Assembly (NCBI GenBank): GCA_965249725.1
Contig: CBDFMQ010000002.1
Location: 2,896,750 to 2,960,749, forward strand
Reading direction: 5' to 3'
Origin: Longimicrobiales bacterium
GTDB lineage: Bacteria; Gemmatimonadota; Gemmatimonadetes; Longimicrobiales; Gaopeijiaceae
DNA: 64,000 bases
The position numbers and the translations under genes are program-made. How positions within the stretch are numbered: the stretch's first letter is position 1; each line of letters begins with the position of its first letter. This document shows positions 50,828 to 57,970 of this stretch, one piece after another. The notes under the pieces were generated by a model. That model saw only the letters and a program-made list of their open reading frames with translations. It was not told the DNA's origin and did not search any database.

Positions 50828-51631
50828 ATGCTTGGCGTGCGTTTGGCGGAGTCTCGGAAACGAGCGGGGTGGTCCCAGCATCAGTTGGCTATTGAGCTGG
50901 GGGGGCGCTACGACCAGTCCGTCATCTCAGCGGTTGAGAACAAGCGGTCCTCGTTGCGACTCACAGGCGCGGTGAAGGCTGCTCAGGTCCTCGACGTCTC
51001 GCTCGACTATCTCCTCGGCCTCACCGACGACCCGGCCCCGGTGGACGACCGAGTCCTCCAGGAGGCGCGTAAGCGCGAGGAGCTGGAAGCCGAGCTACGG
51101 CAGACCCAGGCGGAGCGTGACCACCTGCGGACGCAGGTCGCCGCTGCGGGCAAGTCCTTGCCGCACAGCCCGCTGCAGATAGTACCAGGTGGCCTTGCGG
51201 ACGACGAGGCGCGAGAGCATCCAAGGCTCCGGATGGTCCCCGAGCTGGATGTCGAAGCGGCAGCGGGTACGGGAGCCTACGTCGAACAAGAGCCGATCGT
51301 CGGCCATCTTGCGTTTCGCGAAGAGTGGCTGGCTCGCACGTGCGTCAACCCCGAGGAGTGCAGAACCATCCGGGTACAGGGTAGCTCGATGGAGCCGACC
51401 CTAGGGGCTGGGTCGCGCATCTTGGTAGACCCGCAGCGCACGCGCCGTCTCCGTGACCGCATCTTCGTCGTGGGGACCGCAGAGGGTTTGCTCGTCAAGC
51501 GGCTGACCCGAGACGGCGGCTACTGGCTGCTCGTCAGCGACAATGAGGACCAGGAGGCGTATCCGCCGATCCCGTGGCCGGAGGGAGCGGTAGTGAGAGG
51601 CCAGGTCATGTGGACCGGGAGGATGCTGTGA
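50828..51631 (+). CDS. cI: CI-like repressor (XRE HTH + S24 peptidase)
   Basis: WSQHQLA..SAVEN HTH; AAAG cleavage site; GSSMEPT (Ser); LVKRL (Lys). Confidence 0.93.
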   Translation: MLGVRLAESRKRAGWSQHQLAIELGGRYDQSVISAVENKRSSLRLTGAVKAAQVLDVSLDYLLGLTDDPAPVDDRVLQEARKREELEAELRQTQAERDHLRTQVAAAGKSLPHSPLQIVPGGLADDEAREHPRLRMVPELDVEAAAGTGAYVEQEPIVGHLAFREEWLARTCVNPEECRTIRVQGSSMEPTLGAGSRILVDPQRTRRLRDRIFVVGTAEGLLVKRLTRDGGYWLLVSDNEDQEAYPPIPWPEGAVVRGQVMWTGRML

Positions 51632-52506
51632 GTCGCGCGAGTCTGGTGGACACACACGGAGTAAAGGGGGGGAGCATCGAAGCCAAGTGTCCACGCACCG
51701 CCCTCATCTACGATTTCGACGGCACGCTTTGCAAGGGCAACCTGCAAGAACACAGCTTCATTCCCGATGTGCAAATGACGAGGGACCAGTTCTGGGAGGA
51801 GGTGAAGAGCCGTACGAAAAAGGACGATGCAGACGAGATCCTCGTGTATATGCACTTCATGATCGAAAAGGTGAAGGAGAAAAAAATCGGTGTCTCCCGT
51901 GCAGAAATTTGCCAACACGGTGAGGACGCCCCTCTCTTTCCCGGGTTGGAGAACTGGTTTAATCGAATCAACGTGTTTGCCTGCAAAGAGGGCCTTGGTC
52001 TGGAGCACTATATCATTTCATCTGGCCTGCATGAGATGATCGAAGGCTGCTCGATCTGCGGCCAGTTCTCTCATATATTCGCATCGAAATTCACCTACGA
52101 CCAAGATGGCCATGCCAGCTGGCCGGCCGTCGCGATCAACTACACAACCAAGACGCAATACCTATTCCGGATCAACAAAGGGATTAGGAACCACTGGGAT
52201 AATGACGCTGTCAATAAGTACACACCGGAGAACCAACGTCCAATTCCTTTTGAACGGATGATCTTCATTGGCGATGGCCAAACGGATATTCCCACGATGA
52301 AGATGCTGACCCACAAAGGTGGCCACTCTATTGCCGTCTACGACCCGAACAGTGACCACGACACGATCCACGAACTCCTTTCGGCCAGCCGGGTGGATTT
52401 CGTCGCACCTGCTGATTACAAGAAAGGAGAGCAACTGGACATCATCGTGAAGGGGCTCTTGGGACGGATCAAGAACGACCTAGACGAGAAGAGGAGACAT
52501 GAGTGA
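51628..52506 (+). CDS. HAD-superfamily hydrolase (cargo)
   Basis: YDFDGTL, ISSG, KTQYLFRINKG, IGDGQTDIP; GTG overlaps the cI stop; lower GC. Confidence 0.88.
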   Translation: MSRASLVDTHGVKGGSIEAKCPRTALIYDFDGTLCKGNLQEHSFIPDVQMTRDQFWEEVKSRTKKDDADEILVYMHFMIEKVKEKKIGVSRAEICQHGEDAPLFPGLENWFNRINVFACKEGLGLEHYIISSGLHEMIEGCSICGQFSHIFASKFTYDQDGHASWPAVAINYTTKTQYLFRINKGIRNHWDNDAVNKYTPENQRPIPFERMIFIGDGQTDIPTMKMLTHKGGHSIAVYDPNSDHDTIHELLSASRVDFVAPADYKKGEQLDIIVKGLLGRIKNDLDEKRRHE

Positions 52507-52678
52507 CAACAGTTAGGTCCCGGAAGTCTCTTCTTCTATTGCGGCAGGGGGGGTGCTCAAGCCACGCGGCGAGGTCATGTGGACCGGGAAGATGTTGTGA
52601 CCATCCAGGTGAGGCTGAGGATCGTCTTCTGTGGCATCCCCGAGATCGTAAGAACACTCCTCTTCTCCTGGAGATTCC

Positions 52679-53467
52679 ATGCTTCGACTTAGCAGCTTCT
52701 TAGCAGTTCCACTTGTGCTTGTGGCGTGCTCGCCAACCGTCGATGGATCTTCAGACGAGTCGTTCGAGGCATCCCTTGAAAGGGTTCGGCAAGCGCTGCC
52801 CGAGGCTCAACTCGCCGCTTTCGATACGGCGGTGATAACGGTTGGTCTGGGTGACCTTTCCCTGCTAGAAGCAGGATTCGCTGAGGCCGCGAGCCCCGGG
52901 CAACTCAGCCGAACGGTCCGTGAGCGCATGGATGGAAAGACCGCAGCCGATGTGTTCGCCATGTCCGACTCCATTGTGGCGGAGAGGAGAGAGAGAGCCC
53001 GCGAAGCTGCGCTGGAGGAGATCGAAGAACTCGAGGTCAAGAAGGCTGCTTCGGAAGCTGCCACTGTTGAGCTGGCCAAGTTCGAGGTGGTCCGTGCTCG
53101 GTTCTACCAGGAGGAGGGTGTTTTCGGAAGCGAACCCAAGATCGGGCTCACACTTCGGAACGGTACCGCGTCAGCCGTATCTCGAGCCTACTTCCGCGGG
53201 CAGGTCGTGAGCGCAGGTCGCGCGGTACCGTGGATCGACGAAGAGTTTAATTTCTCTCTGCCCGGCGGGATCGAGCCAGGAGAACCCGGCGACTGGACGC
53301 TATCCCCGAATACCTTCAGCGAGTGGGGGAATGAAACACCTGATGACGCCATCTTTATCGCAACAGTTATCAGGATCGATGGACCGGATGGAGAGGCGCT
53401 CTTCGACATGGACTTCGACAACCAGGATCAAGAGCGACTAGATGTGCTGATTCGTGAGTGGCGGTGA
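52679..53467 (+). CDS. Lipoprotein, DUF6694-like (cargo)
   Basis: Lipobox LVAC; PTVDGSSDESFEASLERVRQAL. Confidence 0.65.
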   Translation: MLRLSSFLAVPLVLVACSPTVDGSSDESFEASLERVRQALPEAQLAAFDTAVITVGLGDLSLLEAGFAEAASPGQLSRTVRERMDGKTAADVFAMSDSIVAERRERAREAALEEIEELEVKKAASEAATVELAKFEVVRARFYQEEGVFGSEPKIGLTLRNGTASAVSRAYFRGQVVSAGRAVPWIDEEFNFSLPGGIEPGEPGDWTLSPNTFSEWGNETPDDAIFIATVIRIDGPDGEALFDMDFDNQDQERLDVLIREWR

Positions 53468-53565
53468 GATCAACTAGCTCCCGAACCATGGGCCGCATGG
53501 TCTGGTGGGCGCACACGGATTGAGGGTGAGATGAGGGATCAGGTGATGTGGACGGGGGGGAGGCT

Positions 53566-54528
53566 GTGATCGAGCAGAACAGGAGCATGAATGATGGAGG
53601 GGTAGAGCTTTCTGGTGAAGAGGAATCTTGCGGGATCTGCGGTAACCCTGAGGACATGGGGGATCACGCGGAGTGTCGAGCGGTTCTCTGTGAGATGAAA
53701 GACATCAAACCTCCAAGGCAAGACGAACAGGACTGCCACTACATTGCCGACCCCAATAATGCCCATATCAACACCTCGGATTTTGAGAGTTGGCTGAAGG
53801 CCACGGTCTCTCCCAGTGTGGAGAATACTGATTGGCGACCCATCATCTATACAGAGATCGTGCGTCTCATCTCTTACCGTCGTCCAAGTGAACCGGCTGA
53901 TAACACCCTGATATGTAGGTACTTCACGCCCGCCAACTTCGTCCGATTCATTGGGCAGAAGGCCCTTCATTTTGCCACAGCCACAGCGTTCGAAGATCGG
54001 TTGGATTGTTTATTGCCGGACGACTATGATCTCTGTGTCCAGGCATTCCTACAGGACCAAGGCACTGATGACGCTGGCCTCTGGAAAGAGTACGTAGATA
54101 AGATGCGGGCGCGATGGGTCGTCTCCTGCTGGACCGAGTTGGACGAGCCTTACCATGACCATCTGCTTTCGCACAAATATACTGGGGGGGATTTTGGGAT
54201 CGGAATCACGATCCGATACCATAAGCTGAGAGATCACCTTGAGAGGTCCTACCAGCAGGGACTTTATCCTGACGCGAATGATTTTACTTGCGGCAAGGTT
54301 GAATATATTAGGGGTGGAAACGACCAGGGATTACGGCATCCACCCTTCAACAAGAGACGAATATTCAAGAGCGAAAGGGAGATCAGGTTCGTTTTTCGTA
54401 CGAAGACCGAAGTGCCCGGAATAGGCGCTGGTATTGCTGAATTGAAACAGTGCTTCGGACTTCGATTTTCGCCGGATGTACCGGCTGACTACGTGTGTTC
54501 TGTACGTAAGGTGTGGAAGAAATTTTAG
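53566..54528 (+). CDS. DUF2971-like protein (cargo; start uncertain)
   Basis: LHFATATAFED, VSCWT, KRRIFKSEREIRF; low GC; GTG overlaps the stop of a type A repeat. Confidence 0.6.
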   Translation: MIEQNRSMNDGGVELSGEEESCGICGNPEDMGDHAECRAVLCEMKDIKPPRQDEQDCHYIADPNNAHINTSDFESWLKATVSPSVENTDWRPIIYTEIVRLISYRRPSEPADNTLICRYFTPANFVRFIGQKALHFATATAFEDRLDCLLPDDYDLCVQAFLQDQGTDDAGLWKEYVDKMRARWVVSCWTELDEPYHDHLLSHKYTGGDFGIGITIRYHKLRDHLERSYQQGLYPDANDFTCGKVEYIRGGNDQGLRHPPFNKRRIFKSEREIRFVFRTKTEVPGIGAGIAELKQCFGLRFSPDVPADYVCSVRKVWKKF

Positions 54529-54932
54529 GGACCACGCTTGAACTACTGAAGCAGTGCGATAGTGCCGATCAGGAGCACACGCAGGGCGTGGAGGGCGCCT
54601 CTTCCCCATGAACCACCTCTACTACGGGGATAAGATCGATGTGATGACGTGCCGCGCCAAAGGACGCAGAGCAGCTGGGGCTCGAGCCTCGAGGAGTGGA
54701 CGACGAGACCCACCCGCCTATCCCATGGCCCGAGGACGCCATTCTGCGCGGCGAGGTGATGTGGTCTGGACAGTCGATGCGACGATCAAGGTGAGGCGAG
54801 GATCGCCCGGGGTGCTGGGCCGCGTCGTCTGGTGGGGGCACACGGACACGGGGTGAGGGCTCGCCTCCCGCGTTACCCACGAGTCTTTTTCTGGTTCTTC
54901 GTAACAAGTCACTACGCAGTGGAGGTGATCCA

Positions 54933-55319
54933 ATGACGAAGCTCGCCTTTCTAACCACCGCCCTCCTTTTTCTCCCCGGGTGCTATCACGCGACGATCGA
55001 GACTGGTCGTATGCCGTCCCCCCAGCAGGTTGATGTTCCGTGGGCCCACTCCTTCCTCGCCGGACTCGTGCCACCAGGAGTCGTGGATGTCGAGGAGGAG
55101 TGCAGCAGCGGTGTGGCCCGTGTCGAGACCCAGCGTTCGTTCCTGAACCAGCTCGCCGCCGCTGTAACGTTTGGCCTCTATGCGCCGATGCACATCACGG
55201 TCACCTGTGCGTCCGATGAGGAAGAAGAGCAGCAATCTGCTCTCCCCATGGTTCGGACCGAGAACGAGGTGGCTGCGGCTCTCCGGTCAGGGGAACCCTT
55301 TTTCCTGCCGGTCGAGTGA
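54933..55319 (+). CDS. Bor/Iss-family lipoprotein (cargo)
   Basis: Lipobox LPGC; HSFLAGL, C..GVARVETQRSFLN, TFGLYAP...VTC; GGAGGT RBS. Confidence 0.8.
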   Translation: MTKLAFLTTALLFLPGCYHATIETGRMPSPQQVDVPWAHSFLAGLVPPGVVDVEEECSSGVARVETQRSFLNQLAAAVTFGLYAPMHITVTCASDEEEEQQSALPMVRTENEVAAALRSGEPFFLPVE

Positions 55320-55771
55320 TTTATTCGGGGCGGCCGTGAGTGTCCAGGCTAAAGCGTGTGCGGAGGAGTACGCAGGGTTCAACCGGTGGATGGAAGCCCG
55401 TCACGCGGCGAAGAGCGAGAAGGCGACGGCGACGGGGGGAAGGGGCTAGGATCCTAGGCCGCGTCGTCTGGTGGGCGCACACGGTTCGGCCCCGGGGAGT
55501 CCTTGCACATTCTTCCCCCTCGATCTAGGTGGAGAAACCGGCAACGAGGACGAGCTGCGGGGCCAGGTCATGTGGACTGGGAAGATGCTGTGAGCCCAGC
55601 GGTGAACGAATGACAGGTCTGGGGGAGCACGAGACCGCGGCGGCATCCGGCGTATCGGTACATGCGGGACGGAGATGGGGACGGGGTGGTGCGTGAGAGG
55701 GCGTTCGAAGGGGGGAGAGCACCACCCGATTGCCCAGTGACTTGCCAGTCCGTCGCGGAGAGGTGGCTTTG

Positions 55772-56332
55772 ATGGATGTCGTCCTTGGCTTCGTGCTCGG
55801 GCAGGTTACCAGCTTCGCGAAGCTGGGGTGGAAGTGGTGGATGCGCCCTCGACTCACGATCGAAGCACCCGGTCATGTGCTTAGGGAGGAACCCTTGGCG
55901 AGACACCCTAGCGGTCAGAGCAATCCTTCCGTGGTGTACGGATTCCACATTCGCAACACTGGACGTGAGGTTGCGACGGGGATTCGCGTCCAGCTCACGA
56001 AGATCGAAACCCGGTACAAGGCGGACGAGGGTGAGCCTACGTGCATTTCACGATGCACCTACGATCTCGGCTTAGAAGGCGGAGGCAGTGAAGCGACGCT
56101 CGTCCCGGCGGCAGCAACCGCAGTTAGATTGGGGTCCTGGGAGAGAGAGCACGACGTAATAATCCCGGAGATCTCGGGGGGATTGCCGCAGTACTACCTG
56201 GAGGTCTGCGAGCAGGCAACCGAATGCCGGTTTACGGTCGTCGTCTTTGACGATAGGTCACACCACAAAGAACAGACTCTGACATTCCGTCGGTGCCTTC
56301 CTCCGGAGGAAGGCTGGTCGTGCGAGCCATGA
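55772..56332 (+). CDS. Hypothetical protein with N-terminal hydrophobic segment (cargo)
   Basis: GGAGAGG RBS; WMRPRLTIE..HIRNTGREVA. Confidence 0.6.
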   Translation: MDVVLGFVLGQVTSFAKLGWKWWMRPRLTIEAPGHVLREEPLARHPSGQSNPSVVYGFHIRNTGREVATGIRVQLTKIETRYKADEGEPTCISRCTYDLGLEGGGSEATLVPAAATAVRLGSWEREHDVIIPEISGGLPQYYLEVCEQATECRFTVVVFDDRSHHKEQTLTFRRCLPPEEGWSCEP

Positions 56333-56396
56333 CAGCGGCCCTCTGCTTCGACGACCCCATGAACCGCCTCTACTACGGGGATAAGCTCGACACAAC

Positions 56397-56714
56397 GTGA
56401 CCGACGCATACCTCACGGCGGCCAAGGGTATTCTGTCTGAGGCTGAACGGAGCGAGGTCGTGAAGATAGTTGCCGGGAACCCCCAGTCGGGCGTTTCGCT
56501 CGGAGGGGGTATCCGGAAAATGCGGATGGCCCGATCAGGGCGCGGGAAGAGCGGTGGTGCGCGTGTGGTCTTCCTGTTTTCCGGTGACGACATTCCCGTG
56601 TTCTTGCTCACCGTCTTTGCCAAGAATGAGAAAACAAGTCTGAGCGCTAGGGAACGAGCTGAGCTGATCGCTGCGGCAAAGCAGATAGTAATGGATTACC
56701 GGAGGCTAAAATGA
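56397..56714 (+). CDS. RelE/HigB-family toxin
   Basis: GGIRKMRMARSGRGKSGGARVVF..LLTVFAKNEK. Confidence 0.9.
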   Translation: MTDAYLTAAKGILSEAERSEVVKIVAGNPQSGVSLGGGIRKMRMARSGRGKSGGARVVFLFSGDDIPVFLLTVFAKNEKTSLSARERAELIAAAKQIVMDYRRLK

Positions 56715-57073
56715 GCGGTGCATTCGAGAAGGTTATGGCTGGGCTCGCGGATACCCGCGCGTACTTGGACGGAGAGCGCGACGGCTTTGAGGTGTATGAA
56801 GTTGAGGTGCCCGAGCCTGATACTGTGGCGATCCGAAGAAAGACGGGACTGACGCAACCCGAGTTTTCGAGAACCATCGGTGTGCCTTTAGGCACTCTCA
56901 AGAATTGGGAGCAGGGTCGTCGGCGCCCGGGTGGTGCGGCACGTGTGCTTCTTGCGCTCATCGACAAGAGGCCGTCGATAGTTCAGGAAGAACTCGGACT
57001 GGTAGCCCGCCCCGTTAACGACTCGCGATCACATACCCAACCGCGAACACGCCAGCGTATTTCACCGCACTGA
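56711..57073 (+). CDS. HigA-like HTH antitoxin
   Basis: IRRKTGLTQPEFS..TLKNWEQGRRRPGGAARVLL; ATGA overlap with the toxin. Confidence 0.9.
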   Translation: MSGAFEKVMAGLADTRAYLDGERDGFEVYEVEVPEPDTVAIRRKTGLTQPEFSRTIGVPLGTLKNWEQGRRRPGGAARVLLALIDKRPSIVQEELGLVARPVNDSRSHTQPRTRQRISPH

Positions 57074-57179
57074 CGAGATGACCCGTCCACCTCGTGTCGT
57101 TCGGCTGTAGCGCGACCTGTAGGCGAGCCTCGTAGTCCTGGATCACCTGGTCCTGGGTGGCGACCACAGGGCGTGCGCT
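57015..57179 (-). pseudogene. Orphan diverged copy of the 3' end of late gene 57971..58600
   Basis: Translates ..TRWTGHLVSAVKYAGVFAVGYVIASR* versus native ..RSWTDPLVSALKYAGVFTAGYALASR*. Confidence 0.88.
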
Positions 57180-57182
57180 GGT

Positions 57183-57632
57183 CTAGAACGCGAGCGTGAA
57201 GAAGTTCGTCGTCCCGTTGTAGATGAGAACGCAGTTGGCGAGAATGTCACGCCCGATTAGTGCCTGTATCCCCTGGATACTCAGCTTGGAGGAGAGCACT
57301 GGTACCGTCGGATGTACCAGCGGATGGTGGTGGCTTCTTGCCCCTGGGATCGCGATCCCTACATCGTATTGTTCGAGAAACTCTGGCTCATCTCGATCCG
57401 ACGCCACGTGAGCCGGAACCTCGGCGGTCGGGCTTAGACTGAGGGCCTGGAGAATCGACGGATCGACACACGTGCAGCTCGCCCCAGTGTCCACCAGGGC
57501 CCGGATCGGCTGAGGGCTCGGCACTGGCTGACCGGCTTCCTCCAGAGCTTTTCGGCGCGCTTCGCTAACGATGATGGTCACACTCAAGACGGGGCCGCCT
57601 GCTGCATCTAGCTGTAGCGTGAAGTGCGACAC
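57183..57632 (-). CDS. Retropepsin-like aspartyl protease (cargo)
   Basis: ALVDTGAS and LIGRDIL motifs. Confidence 0.85.
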   Translation of the reverse strand: MSHFTLQLDAAGGPVLSVTIIVSEARRKALEEAGQPVPSPQPIRALVDTGASCTCVDPSILQALSLSPTAEVPAHVASDRDEPEFLEQYDVGIAIPGARSHHHPLVHPTVPVLSSKLSIQGIQALIGRDILANCVLIYNGTTNFFTLAF

Positions 57633-57638
57633 CCCGGG

Positions 57639-57875
57639 TCAACCGACCGAGGGAGCCACCAGGCGGGTGACGAATTGAACCATTTCAACCCTCTGGACCC
57701 TCTTCACGAAGAAGGGATCTAGGCCAAACTTCTTGTAGCCCTGATTGATGGCATCAGCGTAGGTGTCGAAGAAGTCCACCACGTCGGAGTCCTTGATGAG
57801 TACATACTTGCCCTCATGCTCTGTCCATTCGGACAAGTTTTCCTCGTAGGTCTGCTTTTCTGTTTCCAACGACAT
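57639..57875 (-). CDS. Small DUF5678-like partner of the aspartyl protease
   Basis: HEGKYVLIKDSDVVDFFDTYADAINQGYKKFG..PFFVK. Confidence 0.65.
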   Translation of the reverse strand: MSLETEKQTYEENLSEWTEHEGKYVLIKDSDVVDFFDTYADAINQGYKKFGLDPFFVKRVQRVEMVQFVTRLVAPSVG

Positions 57876-57970
57876 GGGCGGCGGCCCTCCAGATCACTGA
57901 ACACCGGGATCAGTCGTACATGAATAACCCCATTCGGTTCCTCACGCACGCAGAATTCAGGCCGCCACCC

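Larger units (their letters stand above)
53491..55483 (+). repeat. Dispersed repeat type B: 3' end of a second S24-repressor type, at 53491-53523, 54818-54856, 55457-55483
   Basis: ggccgc(a/g)t(g/c)gtctggtggg(c/g)gcacacgg encoding GR[M/V]VWW[A/G]HT. Confidence 0.85.
51596..55593 (+). repeat. Dispersed repeat type A: repressor 3' end, at 51596-51631 (native), 52565-52600, 53534-53569, 54699-54794, 55558-55593
   Basis: Encode RGQVMWTGRML*, RGEVMWTGKML*, RDQVMWTGGRL*, DDETHPPIPWPEDAILRGEVMWSGQSM.., RGQVMWTGKML*. Confidence 0.9.
54604..56390 (+). repeat. Repeat type C: two 36-bp copies (54604-54639, 56355-56390) resembling a DNA methyltransferase 5' end
   Basis: ccccatgaacc(a/g)cctctactacggggataag(a/c)tcga, 34/36 identical; MN[H/R]LYYGDK[I/L]D. 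Confidence 0.8.

Noticed and set aside
54608..54856. 82-aa ORF as a real gene (also 55340..55528 and 52503..52703)
   Set aside because: Chance read-through across stitched remnants (methyltransferase-like stub and repressor tails).
51596..55593. The ~36-bp repeats as a CRISPR array or DGR template/variable repeats
   Set aside because: Spacing is gene-sized and irregular; no cas or reverse transcriptase gene in the window; differences are not adenine-specific but follow codon degeneracy.
51596..56390. Cargo-flanking repeats as integron attC sites
   Set aside because: They are not palindromic, lack paired RYYYAAC/GTTRRRY cores, and translate as repressor C-termini. The one GTTAGGT at ~52512 has no matching inverse core, and the integrase looks phage-type.
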